Assembly: GCA_965223265.1 (NCBI GenBank)
Contig: OZ244999.1
Location: 6,432,001-6,496,000, forward strand
From: Planctomycetota bacterium
GTDB taxonomy: Bacteria; Planctomycetota; UBA8108; SXIK01
Direction of reading: 5' to 3'
Length of the DNA: 64,000 nt
The notes below the pieces were generated by a model, which saw only the letters and a list, made by a program, of their open reading frames with translations, made no database searches and was not told where the DNA came from. The translations under genes were made by a program, and so were the position numbers. Positions 9,169 through 18,926 of the stretch are shown piece after piece; within the stretch, counting starts at the first letter, position 1; every line of letters begins with the position of its first letter.

Positions 9169-11427
9169 ATGACAATCGAAGAAGACTTTGATGTGGGGTT
9201 CGCGGCACGCCTCACGAGCGAAGAGAAGCAGATTCAGCAAAACTACCGCCCAATCATCGGTGTGCACAAGTGGTTCGCTCGGCGACCGGGCTCTCTGTTG
9301 CGGGCTCTCCTCGTGTCTGAGTTCTCTCCGAACCGCAAGCTCTCCGAAGCATACTTCGAGTCGCACTCGTTTGACGACTTAACGATCGGCGACCCATTCA
9401 TGGGCGGAGGCACGACGCTCTTCGAGGCGAATCGACTCGGATTCAATGTCATTGGAACTGACATCAATCCGATGGCTTATTGGGTCGTTCGTCAAGAGCT
9501 TGCCCCACTCGATCTCCAAGTGTTTCGAGAGACCGCTGAGACCGTCATTCAAGACGTAGAGCGCGAGATTGGTGAATTCTACACCACAGAATGCCTCGAC
9601 TGTGGCGCATCGGTGCCCGTTAAGTACTTCTTCTGGGTAAAAACCCACAAGTGCCGGTCTTGCCGAAAAGACCTCGACCTGTTTTCCAGCTACCTGATCG
9701 CCAAGAACTCTCGACACACTCACTTCGTGCTTCACTGCCCGAGCTGTCAACGTCTAACGCAATCTGTTGAGCTTCCGAAAGAGGGAACGAGCGCAAAGTG
9801 CGGAGAGTGCGGATACCGGTTTGCCTGGCGTCAAGGGAACGCCACACGCAATCGATACCGCTGCTCCTGTGGGCATGTGGGCGAGTATCCGGCCGAACTG
9901 AGAGAAGAGGGACCGCCCAGGCACCGACTCTTCGGCATGGAGTACTTCTGTCCGAGTTGCCGAGGTACTCGTTCGGGCAGATGGTTCAAGACCGCTGACA
10001 GCGCTGACACGGCTCGGTTCGAGGCCGCCTGGAATCGACTTGACGAACGCACCGATCTGCCCTGCCCCGACGCGGAGATTCTCGACGGCGACGAGACGAA
10101 ACGGCTCCATCGCTGGGGGTACGAACGCTTTCGAGACATGTTCAACGAGCGTCAACTCTATTCACTCGGGCTTCTGCTTGACCGCATCGCCTCAGTTCCC
10201 GACGAAGAGGCCCGAAGCGCCCTGGCGACTGTCTTCTCCGATTTCCTGCGCTATCAGAATATGCTCTGCCGGTACGACGTGTGCGCACTCAAGTGCCAAG
10301 ACATTTTTGCCGTACACGGATTCCCAGTGGGCTTGGTCGAATGTGAAAACAACGTCCTCGGCGTACCGAAAGTTGGGAGCGGCGGCTTCCGACATTTTGT
10401 GGAGAAGTTCGTTCGAGCCAAAAACTACTGCGAGGAACCTTTTGAGACGATCAAGAGAGGAAATCGAAAAACGATTGTGAAGATCGCGGGCGAGCGAATC
10501 GAAGCCCGCTTCGTCAAGACCCCAGGGAGACTCAAAGGAGGACGCAAGGCTCTCATCAAGTCGGGCTCCTTCACTGAAGTGCGTGCGAAACCGGGCTCGC
10601 TGGACGGGATCTTTACCGACCCGCCCTATTTCGACAACGTTCAGTACGCCGAACTTATGGACTTCTGCTACTCGTGGCTCAGGCTGCTCCTGAAAGACGA
10701 CACGAGTTTCGCATCGACGTACACGCGTTCTCCAAACGAGCTGACTGGGAATGTAACGTCGGGGCGCGATCTCGAACACTTCACCGCTGGACTGTCGTCT
10801 GTGTTCACGACAGCCGCTGAGAGCCTGAAGACTGGCGCACCATTCGTGTTTACGTACCACCACAATGACGTCAGCGCCTATGTCCCCGTCGTCGTGGCAA
10901 TCCTGGACGCCGGCATGCGCTGCACAGCGACGTTAGCGGCTCCCGCCGAAATGAGCGCTTCGCTGCACATCAACGGCACCGGTTCCTCAGTAGTGGACAC
11001 AGTGGTCGTCTGTCGGAGAACGGCGCAGCCCACTTCCGCTGCCGGCGTGGGACACAAAACCCTCCTGCGCTGGCTTGCCGACGACCAGCGCAAGCTCCGT
11101 TCTGGGGGTGTGAGGTGTACCCAAGGCGATTTGTGCTGTCTGGCAATGGGTCACGTGGCGCGGGTGTCGGTTGGTAAGCTGGGTGATCAGTGGAATCGGA
11201 AACTACCAACCAAGGAAAAAATGATTGCTGCGGAACGCTCGCTACAGTCCCTTGTGAGGCGATGCGACGTGCAAGGAATCGTGCGGGCTCTCTTGGACGA
11301 GGCGGCCTTCGTAGGGACGTCCGAGCAAACGCTCGTAGAGGAGAGCAGTGCCGCCAACGTTCGCCGGCACTCCCGACCTCGCGGACTTATTCGCTGCGAA
11401 TCCTCAGGTGGGACACTCAAACCCTAG
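9169..11427 (+). CDS. DNA amino-methyltransferase with Zn ribbons (DUF1156-like)
   Basis: HKWFARR, SAM motif DPFMGGGTT placed before catalytic DPPY, several CxxC pairs. ATG 9169 is preferred over the track's GTG 9094. Confidence 0.88.
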   Translation: MTIEEDFDVGFAARLTSEEKQIQQNYRPIIGVHKWFARRPGSLLRALLVSEFSPNRKLSEAYFESHSFDDLTIGDPFMGGGTTLFEANRLGFNVIGTDINPMAYWVVRQELAPLDLQVFRETAETVIQDVEREIGEFYTTECLDCGASVPVKYFFWVKTHKCRSCRKDLDLFSSYLIAKNSRHTHFVLHCPSCQRLTQSVELPKEGTSAKCGECGYRFAWRQGNATRNRYRCSCGHVGEYPAELREEGPPRHRLFGMEYFCPSCRGTRSGRWFKTADSADTARFEAAWNRLDERTDLPCPDAEILDGDETKRLHRWGYERFRDMFNERQLYSLGLLLDRIASVPDEEARSALATVFSDFLRYQNMLCRYDVCALKCQDIFAVHGFPVGLVECENNVLGVPKVGSGGFRHFVEKFVRAKNYCEEPFETIKRGNRKTIVKIAGERIEARFVKTPGRLKGGRKALIKSGSFTEVRAKPGSLDGIFTDPPYFDNVQYAELMDFCYSWLRLLLKDDTSFASTYTRSPNELTGNVTSGRDLEHFTAGLSSVFTTAAESLKTGAPFVFTYHHNDVSAYVPVVVAILDAGMRCTATLAAPAEMSASLHINGTGSSVVDTVVVCRRTAQPTSAAGVGHKTLLRWLADDQRKLRSGGVRCTQGDLCCLAMGHVARVSVGKLGDQWNRKLPTKEKMIAAERSLQSLVRRCDVQGIVRALLDEAAFVGTSEQTLVEESSAANVRRHSRPRGLIRCESSGGTLKP

Positions 11428-11496
11428 ACGCACGCTACCGCTTGCTGCACCTCGCGCTGTCCAGAATGCGGCCCAGCCTTCCCAGGGTCACCGGCG

Positions 11497-11532
11497 AAAA
11501 GAAAAAGGACTTGGTCGTCCCAAGTCCCTTTT
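11497..11532 (-). terminator. Intrinsic terminator after tRNA-Thr (possibly bidirectional)
   Basis: GGACTTGG-N5-CCAAGTCC stem with T-runs on both strands. Confidence 0.7.
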
Positions 11533-11545
11533 CCGTCGAAGTATC

Positions 11546-11621
11546 TGGAGCCACCTACCCGACTCGAACGGGTGACCTGTTCATTACGAATGAACTGCTC
11601 TACCAACTGAGCTAAGGTGGC
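11546..11621 (-). tRNA. tRNA-Thr(CGT) with encoded CCA
   Basis: Reverse complement reads GCCACCTTAGCTCAGTTGGTAGAGCAGTTCATTCGTAATGAACAGGTCACCCGTTCGAGTCGGGTAGGTGGCTCCA: cloverleaf, anticodon loop TTCGTAA, TTCGA T-loop. Confidence 0.97.
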
Positions 11622-11874
11622 TTGCTTTCTCTTTTGGGCGCGGAAGCTCTCCGCGCGGCAGTCGTCGGGCACGCTATACGCTCGCCACGCGAGTCGACAG
11701 CACCGGTGAGCTTTCTACCGGAATCCGTAGGGCGATGCAACTCTACACCCTGCGGCGGGACGGGTTGACGCGGCTGCCGCATCACGGGCAGGAACCGGCA
11801 GACAAAGGCACCCCTCTCCGTTACCATTCAGGGCTCGCCCTCTCAGCCGAAAACAGCGCCCGGAGAGCCGTTCT

Positions 11875-12756
11875 ATGGAGAAACTCATCATCACCGTCAC
11901 GTGCGACTGCACGATGGCGTACCCCAGCAATCCGCACAACCCCACGCCGAAAGGCTATGACGAGGTCGCGCGCGAATACGTGCGCTCAATCGGAGCTGGC
12001 GCCAGCATCTGCCATCTTCATGGCCCCTACACGATCGACGAGGAAATCCAGGCAGATGGCACGCGACTCTCGGATCTCGACATCCCCGGGTGGGCGAAAT
12101 TGAAGCAGGACATCCTCGACGGCGGCGATGCCATCATTCAATACGGCATCGCCAACGGCCGCTTTCCGCAGCGCAAGGACCTTTTACGCGACCAGCGTCC
12201 CGACATGGTGTCGGTCTGTTTCAACGCGCATGACGAGTGCTTTGACTACGAGCCGCCCAACGAGCCTGTTGAACTGTACGGCCTTCACGACCGCGACGAG
12301 CTGACAGAGTACTGCAAGCTGACGCGCGAGCTCGGCGTCACCATCGAAGCCGAATGTTTCCACTACGGCGGTGTCTGGAACGCGCAGCGCATGATCAGCC
12401 AGGGTCTCTTGGCGCAGCCAACTTGGATCACGTTCTTTCTCGGCTGGCGCGGCGGCTGCTATACACCCCCGACGCCAAAGGCGATGCAGTATATGCACGA
12501 CCATTTGCCGGACGGCTTTCTCTACAACACCTCGGTGATGGACCCCGACCACCACTGGCGGATCCTCACCATGGCGATCCTTCTCGGCGGCCACGTACGC
12601 GTTGGCATGGAAGACAATCCTTTCTTGGGCCCCGGTGAGTACGCCAGCTCGAATGCCGAACTGGTGGAGAAGATCGTGCGGATCTCGCGCGAGCTCGGCC
12701 GTGAGATCGCAACACCGGACGAGGCGCGACGGATCATTTGGCCGCAGGGGCGATAG
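11875..12756 (+). CDS. Beta-keto acid cleavage enzyme (BKACE/DUF849, Kce-like)
   Basis: KLIITV N-terminus, GASICHLH Zn motif, GGHVRVGMEDN, SNAELVEK, REIATPDEAR. Confidence 0.9.
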   Translation: MEKLIITVTCDCTMAYPSNPHNPTPKGYDEVAREYVRSIGAGASICHLHGPYTIDEEIQADGTRLSDLDIPGWAKLKQDILDGGDAIIQYGIANGRFPQRKDLLRDQRPDMVSVCFNAHDECFDYEPPNEPVELYGLHDRDELTEYCKLTRELGVTIEAECFHYGGVWNAQRMISQGLLAQPTWITFFLGWRGGCYTPPTPKAMQYMHDHLPDGFLYNTSVMDPDHHWRILTMAILLGGHVRVGMEDNPFLGPGEYASSNAELVEKIVRISRELGREIATPDEARRIIWPQGR

Positions 12757-12915
12757 CAGCCCGTTGAAAAAGTCATTCGGCCGAGAAACCGGCCTCTTCA
12801 CGCCCAGCTCGACCGCGTCAATACTCGAAAATCTCGGAGATTACCTGCGTTTGCCGCGGCCGATCTGGACGCGAAGAGACCAGTTTTCGGCTCGAAGCAC
12901 TTTTTCAACAGGCTG
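12757..12915. mobile_element. MITE family A, full-length copy (159 bp)
   Basis: Terminal inverted repeats CAGCCCGTTGAAAAAGT / ACTTTTTCAACAGGCTG; near-identical reverse-complement copy at 27519-27677; starts right after the TAG stop. Confidence 0.85.
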
Positions 12916-12979
12916 ATAGGCGCGCTTCTCCGACTCCTCCAACTCCTCCGACATTCAAAGCGAAAGCGGAAGGAACGAC

Positions 12980-13798
12980 ATGGCACGGATCAACGCCGTC
13001 AGTTTCCACGAAGATCCGAGCGTCGAATCGGTCTGCCGCAAGGTCATCGCCGCCGGTTTCGATTCTCTCGAGCTCTCCCGACCGCCGTTCTATGACAAAC
13101 TGACGACTTCGGGGACGCGTGAGCGCTTCGCCGCGTGGGCTCGCGAGCTTGGGCTCAGTCTCCACGGCTTCGACTGCTGGGTGGAAGTTGAGCCATACAC
13201 CGACTTCCAGGCGACTCTCGACGACTTCGCGCGAGCTGTCGACTGGGCTGCCGACCTATATCTCGGCCTACTCATTAGCCACGACCCTTGGGCGAAAGTG
13301 AACGGCGACCGAAGTCCGAGCTCGTGCCTTGAAGTCAACGTCGATCTCTTCCGGCGCGTCGCGGATCTCTGCAGCGCCAAAGACCTTCGGCTCGTGTTCG
13401 AGCCACACCCCGACACGCTCAGCATGGAAGACGCGTGGGCGATCGATTTCATCGACCAGGTGGCGAAGGATCAACCAGAGGCGAGTGTCGGGATCCTCTG
13501 GGACTGTTGCCACTACGGCGTCGGCCAGCCCGACAGCTACCTCAAGTCGATCGCGACGCTCGGAGATCGAATTCAACACGTCCACTACTCCGACGGCGAC
13601 GCCGAAACGTACGCCCTCCACCTGCCGATCGGCGACGGCGTGCTTGACCTCCCAAGCATCGTCAAAGAGCTGCAGCGCATCGGGTACGGCAGCTCTCTGA
13701 CGAACGACCTTTTCAACTACCCCCTTCTTGAGGACGGTGCGAAGCGAAACGTCGCAAGCATCCGCGAAGTCGAACGCAGCCTCGGACTCGCGCCTTGA
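12980..13798 (+). CDS. Sugar phosphate isomerase/epimerase (xylose-isomerase-like TIM barrel)
   Basis: LVFEPH, WDCCH, IQHVHYSD, HLPIGDG metal-site pattern. Confidence 0.82.
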   Translation: MARINAVSFHEDPSVESVCRKVIAAGFDSLELSRPPFYDKLTTSGTRERFAAWARELGLSLHGFDCWVEVEPYTDFQATLDDFARAVDWAADLYLGLLISHDPWAKVNGDRSPSSCLEVNVDLFRRVADLCSAKDLRLVFEPHPDTLSMEDAWAIDFIDQVAKDQPEASVGILWDCCHYGVGQPDSYLKSIATLGDRIQHVHYSDGDAETYALHLPIGDGVLDLPSIVKELQRIGYGSSLTNDLFNYPLLEDGAKRNVASIREVERSLGLAP

Positions 13799-14923
13799 GT
13801 GGCGCGCCCCCGCACAATCCTCCACGCGAACTGGCCAGCGATGAACGAAAACCACGCAGACAACACGAACAACACCGAGTCAGACATCCACCTTGAGCCA
13901 GACTTCATCCTCGATGCGGCGACTCGCGCCTTCGTGGCCGCCGGATCAAACCCCGAAGCGGCGGCCATCGTTGCCGACCACCTCGTCGAAGCAGAGCTCT
14001 GCGGCGTCACGTCGCACGGCATCATTCGCATCCCCCAATACCTCGACGCAATCGACTCCGGCAAAGTGAACCCCGCAGCGGAGGTGACGGTTCGACGCGA
14101 CGAACGCGCCACTTCGGTACTCGATGGCAATGGCGGCTTCGGCCAGGTGATGGCACACGCGGCGATGGAACGAGCCCTCGACAAAGCCGAGGAGTACGGG
14201 GTCGGTGCGGTGACACTCGTGCGCTGCGGCCACACCGGCCGCCTCGCTAGCTACACCCTGCAAGCCGTCAAACGCAGCATGGCGGGCATCATGCTGGTCA
14301 ACACGGGCGGACATGGCCAATGGGTGGCGCCCTACGGCGGCATCCAAGGGCGGCTGTCGACGAATCCTTTCAGCTTCGCGCTGCCGCGTGCTGACGGTGA
14401 CCCGATCGTCCTCGACATTGCGTCGTGTGCCGCACCCGAGGGTAAGGTCCGCGCGTATCAGGCGGCAGGCAGAACTCTGCCTGCCGGCTGGCTGGCAGAT
14501 CACACCGGCCGTCCGAGTACCGATCCTGCCGATCTCTATGGCCCTCCTCGCGGCACACTTCAGCCCCTCGGCGGACACAAAGGCTTTGGCTTGGCAATGA
14601 TTGTTGACCTGCTCGCTGGTGCTCTTTCAGGTGCCGGCGTCTGCTCGGATCCGGACGCCCCACTCGGTGGCGACACTGACGGGATCTTGATGATCGCTCT
14701 GCGCATTGAGTCGTTCTGCCCGTTCGCGAGTTTCTCGAGCCTCGGAGATCAACTCGTCGCCCACGTCAAGAGCGCCGCGACCGCACCCGGCGTCGACTCC
14801 ATCTACTTTCCCGGTGAGATCGAAGCCAACAACCGACGCCGGAGCGTGGCGAATGGCATTCGGCTGGCGAGCTCGACTTGGGAACTGATCCGCACGGCCC
14901 TCGCCGGACGCGGTGTCTTGTAG
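13799..14923 (+). CDS. Ldh_2 family oxidoreductase (malate/L-lactate/sulfolactate dehydrogenase-like)
   Basis: GVTSHGIIRI, DGNGGFGQ, HTGRL, STNPF, GGHKGFGL, YFPGE; alternative ATG at 13841. Confidence 0.9.
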   Translation: MARPRTILHANWPAMNENHADNTNNTESDIHLEPDFILDAATRAFVAAGSNPEAAAIVADHLVEAELCGVTSHGIIRIPQYLDAIDSGKVNPAAEVTVRRDERATSVLDGNGGFGQVMAHAAMERALDKAEEYGVGAVTLVRCGHTGRLASYTLQAVKRSMAGIMLVNTGGHGQWVAPYGGIQGRLSTNPFSFALPRADGDPIVLDIASCAAPEGKVRAYQAAGRTLPAGWLADHTGRPSTDPADLYGPPRGTLQPLGGHKGFGLAMIVDLLAGALSGAGVCSDPDAPLGGDTDGILMIALRIESFCPFASFSSLGDQLVAHVKSAATAPGVDSIYFPGEIEANNRRRSVANGIRLASSTWELIRTALAGRGVL

Positions 14924-15179
14924 CTCTCAAGAGACTGGCCGATTCGCGTTGTTGGCGAGTTCGACTGATGTGAAAAAGAGGAGACGTCAGAAGTTCGACC
15001 GAACCGCCGCCCATGGTAACCCGCGTCCCCCACGCCCACGCACTCTCACCCTACAGTTGCATAAATTTCTCGCCGGAAGATCTCGGAAGCTCTTGTTCTA
15101 CGGCTCGATCCGCGGTTGTGGGACGTCGCGGCAGACTTCACGTTTGGTGAGGTTTCCCGGAGTGCCTGCTCTACCGCCA

Positions 15180-15345
15180 ACGCGCACCCACACACCCTCA
15201 CACCCGCACTCTCTCACGCCCACCCGCTCACGCCCACGCACTCGCCCTCCCACTCGCTCACGGTCTTGAAGTGTTTCTCTTTTGCAACATTGGGGTCTCA
15301 CTCCGAGTCTCACTCGCCCACGCCCACCCACACGCAATCGCAATC
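15180..15345. repeat. Low-complexity C/A-rich degenerate hexamer tract (CACGCC/CTCACG-like)
   Basis: cacccacacaccctcacacccgcactctctcacgcccacccgctcacgcccacg... directly visible. Confidence 0.7.
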
Positions 15346-15576
15346 GCGACCCCGCACGGCTCAGAACCGCTTCCTTTCGCAGAATCGGGGCAGGAAAACG
15401 CCGCCCAATCCACCCGAAGATCAGGAAAACCCTGATGGTGGCGCGCGCAAAGGGTCCCTAGGATGACATTGAAGCCGCAACGAAGAGCCTGGCTTCAACG
15501 CTGCGCTGCACCGCATTTGACCGCACCGAGCGCGAGTTCAGCTGCAGCACTTAACTGTGCCCCACAACTGCCCCGA

Positions 15577-15612
15577 GGTCGGTTGGCTTCCCCGCCAGCC
15601 GGCCTTTTTTTT
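15577..15612 (+). terminator. Intrinsic terminator in long intergenic region upstream of VIT1 gene
   Basis: GGTCGGTTGGC-TTCCCC-GCCAGCCGGCC followed by T8. Confidence 0.75.
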
Positions 15613-15857
15613 GGCACGGAACGATGAAGTTCCACGGCACGGGACCGTCTTTTCGGTGCTGTCAGGCTGCGGTGGACGTGACGCCTCAGTTGACGTATCT
15701 TCGTCGGCGCCGCTCGCAGAACGAGGCATCTGAGTTGACGACGGGACGGAGAAGACACGGCGACCGTGGGAGCCGAAGGTCGGAGACGAAGCAAGGGCTG
15801 TCGTCAAGGCGTTCCTGCAGCCCCATCAAATCCTTGCAGATCCCATAGAGGCGCCTC

Positions 15858-16610
15858 ATGAGCCTGCACGACGACCACACCCCCGAAGCGATCCGCAGGC
15901 GACTGAACCTGCGCCCAAAACAGACGTACCTGCGCGATTTCGTCTACGGCTCGGTCGACGGCGTCGTGACGACGTTCGCAATCGTAGCGGGTGTCGCCGG
16001 TGCCGGCTTGGCGCCGGGCATCGTTGTCGTTCTCGGGATCGCGAACGTGCTCGCCGACGGATTCAGCATGGCGGTCAGCAACTTCCTCGGCACGCGAGCA
16101 GACGAACAGCTCCGGGACGAGGCGAGGCGCGTCGAAAGGAATCACATCGAAACCGTGCCGGACGGCGAGCGCGAAGAAATCCGGCAGATCTTCGCCGCCA
16201 AGGGTTTCGAGGGCGAGGATCTTGAGCGCGCGGTGACGGTGATCACCTCCGACGTCGAACGCTGGGTCGACACCATGCTCAAAGAGGAGTTGGGACTCAC
16301 TCTTCACGGCCCGTCGCCTTGGCTAGCCGCCACGTGGACATTCGTGGCCTTCGTGCTCGTCGGCTTCCTGCCTCTGACCAGCTACGTGGTCGGCGTGGCC
16401 TCGCCGGGGCTCGTTGAGTCGCCTTTTCTCTGGAGTAGCGTGCTCGCGGCGATCGCGTTCTTCTCGATCGGGGCGATCAAAAGCCGCTTCGTCCAGCAGC
16501 ACTGGTCGGCGGCCGGTCTCGAGACGGTCGCGGTCGGCGGGATCGCTGCGGCACTGGCGTACGTCGTCGGCTATCTGCTTCGCGATCTGGTCGGCCCCCT
16601 CGGAGCTTGA
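15858..16610 (+). CDS. VIT1/CCC1 Fe/Mn transporter family protein
   Basis: [48 protein letters not shown], hydrophobic helices. Confidence 0.92.
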   Translation: MSLHDDHTPEAIRRRLNLRPKQTYLRDFVYGSVDGVVTTFAIVAGVAGAGLAPGIVVVLGIANVLADGFSMAVSNFLGTRADEQLRDEARRVERNHIETVPDGEREEIRQIFAAKGFEGEDLERAVTVITSDVERWVDTMLKEELGLTLHGPSPWLAATWTFVAFVLVGFLPLTSYVVGVASPGLVESPFLWSSVLAAIAFFSIGAIKSRFVQQHWSAAGLETVAVGGIAAALAYVVGYLLRDLVGPLGA

Positions 16611-16666
16611 CAGCGTGTTGACGCTGAGGATCGCTTGTCGCGAGCGACCACCTGTCCACACCCACG

Positions 16667-18538
16667 TTACGACGTCGTCGCGGCCAGACGCCCACCGCGC
16701 AGGTTACGCAACCACGACTCGAGCACAAGGATTCGCCACAGCTTACTGCCGTCGAGCTTGCCGCGCCGCGGTGTGAGCGTCGCGTCGATGGCACGGCGCT
16801 CCAGCAGCCCCTCGCGCACGACGTGTGCATCTTCGAGGCGCTCCCGGACAAACTCCTGCAGCCCGCCGGCAAACCAGTAGCTCAGAGGTGGGCCAAAGCC
16901 CCGCTTGCGCCGGCTCAGTACGGATGGCGGCAGATCACTCCGAAGCGCGTGGCGCATCAAGCCCTTGGTCTCATCGCCGTAGAGTTTGAGCGGCGACGAG
17001 AGCTGAAACGCGAAACGCACGAACGCAAGATCGAGAAAGGGCACGCGGACCTCAAGAGACGTCTGCATGCTCGCGCGATCGACCTTGACGAGGTGATACT
17101 CCGACAGTATGGAATGTAAATCGATTGCGAGGAGTCGGCTGAGCGGCGGTAGACCGTGCAGCCGCGAAATCAAGTCGCCGACAGGGCCATGGCGGCCGTT
17201 TCGGTTCAACTCCGGTCGCAGCGCCGCCCCGTAAAGCGGTGCGAGTTCACGGCGGTGCATGCGGATCAAAAAACGGTGGTAGAGATCATCAACCGCCGGC
17301 CCATCGGCATAGCGCCACTTGCTCACATCTCGCGGCGCCGCCTGAAGCCGACGCCAGAGCCACCACAGCGGGCGGCACGGCGGTGGAATCGCCAGCAAAT
17401 GCAGCGCACGGAAATACCGTCCGTAACCAGCAAAGAGTTCATCTCCACCATCGCCGGAGAGCACCACCTTGACGCTCCGCTGAGCCAATTTCGAGACCGC
17501 GAAGGTCGGCAGGATCGCCGTGTCGCCGAACGGTTCGTCGACGTGATCGAGCACTGACTCGATCACACCTCGCGCGGCGCGAGTGTCGAACACCTCGACG
17601 TTGTGCTGCGTTCCCACTTCGCGCGCGACTTCGTCGGCAAACCGCCGCTCGTCGTACTTCGGCTCCTCAAACCCGATGGAAAAAGTATGCACGCGCGACC
17701 GAGCTTCCTCAGCCATGAACGCGACGATGGCGGAGGAGTCGAGCCCTCCACTGAGGAATGCGCCGACGTCGACGTCAGCGACCATTTGTCGAGTCACGCA
17801 CTCCTTCAGTCGCGCCCGAAGCTCCTCGCTGGCACTCTCGACATCCGTCAAGCTCTCGATGGCATCTCGCTCGAGGTTCCAATAGCGCTGGCGCTGTAGA
17901 CGGCCGCTGGACTCCAGCGTGAGCCACTCGCCAGCGCAGAGTTTCTCCACCCCCTTGAGGGCGCTCTTGGGGGCCGGAATGAACCGGTACTGCATGTAAA
18001 GATGAACACCCTCGAGATCGATCTCAGGGTCGAATCCTGCGAGCGCGGAAAAAGCGCGCGGCTCGGAAGCGAACGCAAAACGCGACCGGTCGCGGAAGAA
18101 GTAGAGGGGCTTGATGCCGAGCGGATCACGCGCGCAAAAGAGGCGTTCGCCATCCCAAATAACGAAGGCGAACTGGCCGCTCAATCGCTCAACGCATGCC
18201 GCCCCCATCTCTTCGTAGAGGTGAACAATCACCTCAGTGTCGCTCTGGGTTCGAAACTGATGGCCGCGTCCCTCCAACTCACGACGCAGCTGTCGATAGT
18301 TGAAAATCTCCCCGTTATAGGTGATCCAGACCGACCCGTCCTCGTTCGCGAGGGGCTGCCGACCACCGTCGAGGTCAATGATCGACAGCCGCCGGTGACC
18401 GAGGGCCACCCACGGCGCGGGCGTCTCGAGACCTTCCCCATCCGGACCGCGGTGGCGTAGGGTGTTCGTCATCCGACGCACGCTGTCAACATCCACGGAC
18501 GTCCGATCGAGCTGGATCAAGCCCGCGATGCCACACAT
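16667..18538 (-). CDS. asnB: Asparagine synthase (glutamine-hydrolysing) family amidotransferase
   Basis: MCGIAG, HRGPD, LGHRRLSIIDL, NGEIFN, LSGGLDSS, SGDGGDELFAGY, KVDRASM, EVRVPFLD. Confidence 0.93.
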   Translation of the reverse strand: MCGIAGLIQLDRTSVDVDSVRRMTNTLRHRGPDGEGLETPAPWVALGHRRLSIIDLDGGRQPLANEDGSVWITYNGEIFNYRQLRRELEGRGHQFRTQSDTEVIVHLYEEMGAACVERLSGQFAFVIWDGERLFCARDPLGIKPLYFFRDRSRFAFASEPRAFSALAGFDPEIDLEGVHLYMQYRFIPAPKSALKGVEKLCAGEWLTLESSGRLQRQRYWNLERDAIESLTDVESASEELRARLKECVTRQMVADVDVGAFLSGGLDSSAIVAFMAEEARSRVHTFSIGFEEPKYDERRFADEVAREVGTQHNVEVFDTRAARGVIESVLDHVDEPFGDTAILPTFAVSKLAQRSVKVVLSGDGGDELFAGYGRYFRALHLLAIPPPCRPLWWLWRRLQAAPRDVSKWRYADGPAVDDLYHRFLIRMHRRELAPLYGAALRPELNRNGRHGPVGDLISRLHGLPPLSRLLAIDLHSILSEYHLVKVDRASMQTSLEVRVPFLDLAFVRFAFQLSSPLKLYGDETKGLMRHALRSDLPPSVLSRRKRGFGPPLSYWFAGGLQEFVRERLEDAHVVREGLLERRAIDATLTPRRGKLDGSKLWRILVLESWLRNLRGGRLAATTS

Positions 18539-18564
18539 CTATTCACTCCTTCTCGCTCACTCAC

Positions 18565-18738
18565 CAGCCTGCCTGAAAAGTGCTTCGAGCCGAAAACTGG
18601 TCTCTTCGCTTCCAGATCGGCCGCGGCAAACGCAGGCAATCATGCACAAGGGTTCTCAGGGTACAAAAAAGTCGAAAGGGCCTTTGAATCCCCGCGAAAC
18701 TCGTCCGGCCAGGCCGGCGCGAAATGGCCGAACTCGCG
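18565..18738. mobile_element. Chimeric MITE: left part of family A (18565-18641) fused to right part of family B (18644-18738)
   Basis: Matches 27519-27595 and then 27834-27928 nearly base for base. Confidence 0.8.
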
Positions 18739-18926
18739 GTCAAGGCTCAAACACGACCAAAGGCTACCGTTCGAGGGCGTGGCAATTATAATCAGGCGTC
18801 CGGCGGTGGACCATGGTGTACGGCAGCTTGGTGTAGGCGCCACTACGAAATGGAGTCGCCGACTGCTGCCAGAAGCAGCGATTGTTCACGAATCGCCAAT
18901 CTCTCTGACCCCATGAGGAGCGCAGC

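Noticed and set aside
15116-15466. His/Thr/Ser-rich 116-aa ORF as a metal-binding peptide
   Set aside because: The composition follows from the CAC-rich repeat tract, and it has a GTG start with no RBS
15611-15630. Sigma54 promoter TTGGCACG
   Set aside because: The -12 TTGC element is absent at the required spacing
16667-18538. AsnB as a lasso-peptide cyclase
   Set aside because: It keeps the catalytic N-terminal Cys and full glutaminase domain, and no precursor, B1 or B2 gene is seen. The neighbouring GT2 points to glycan amidation.
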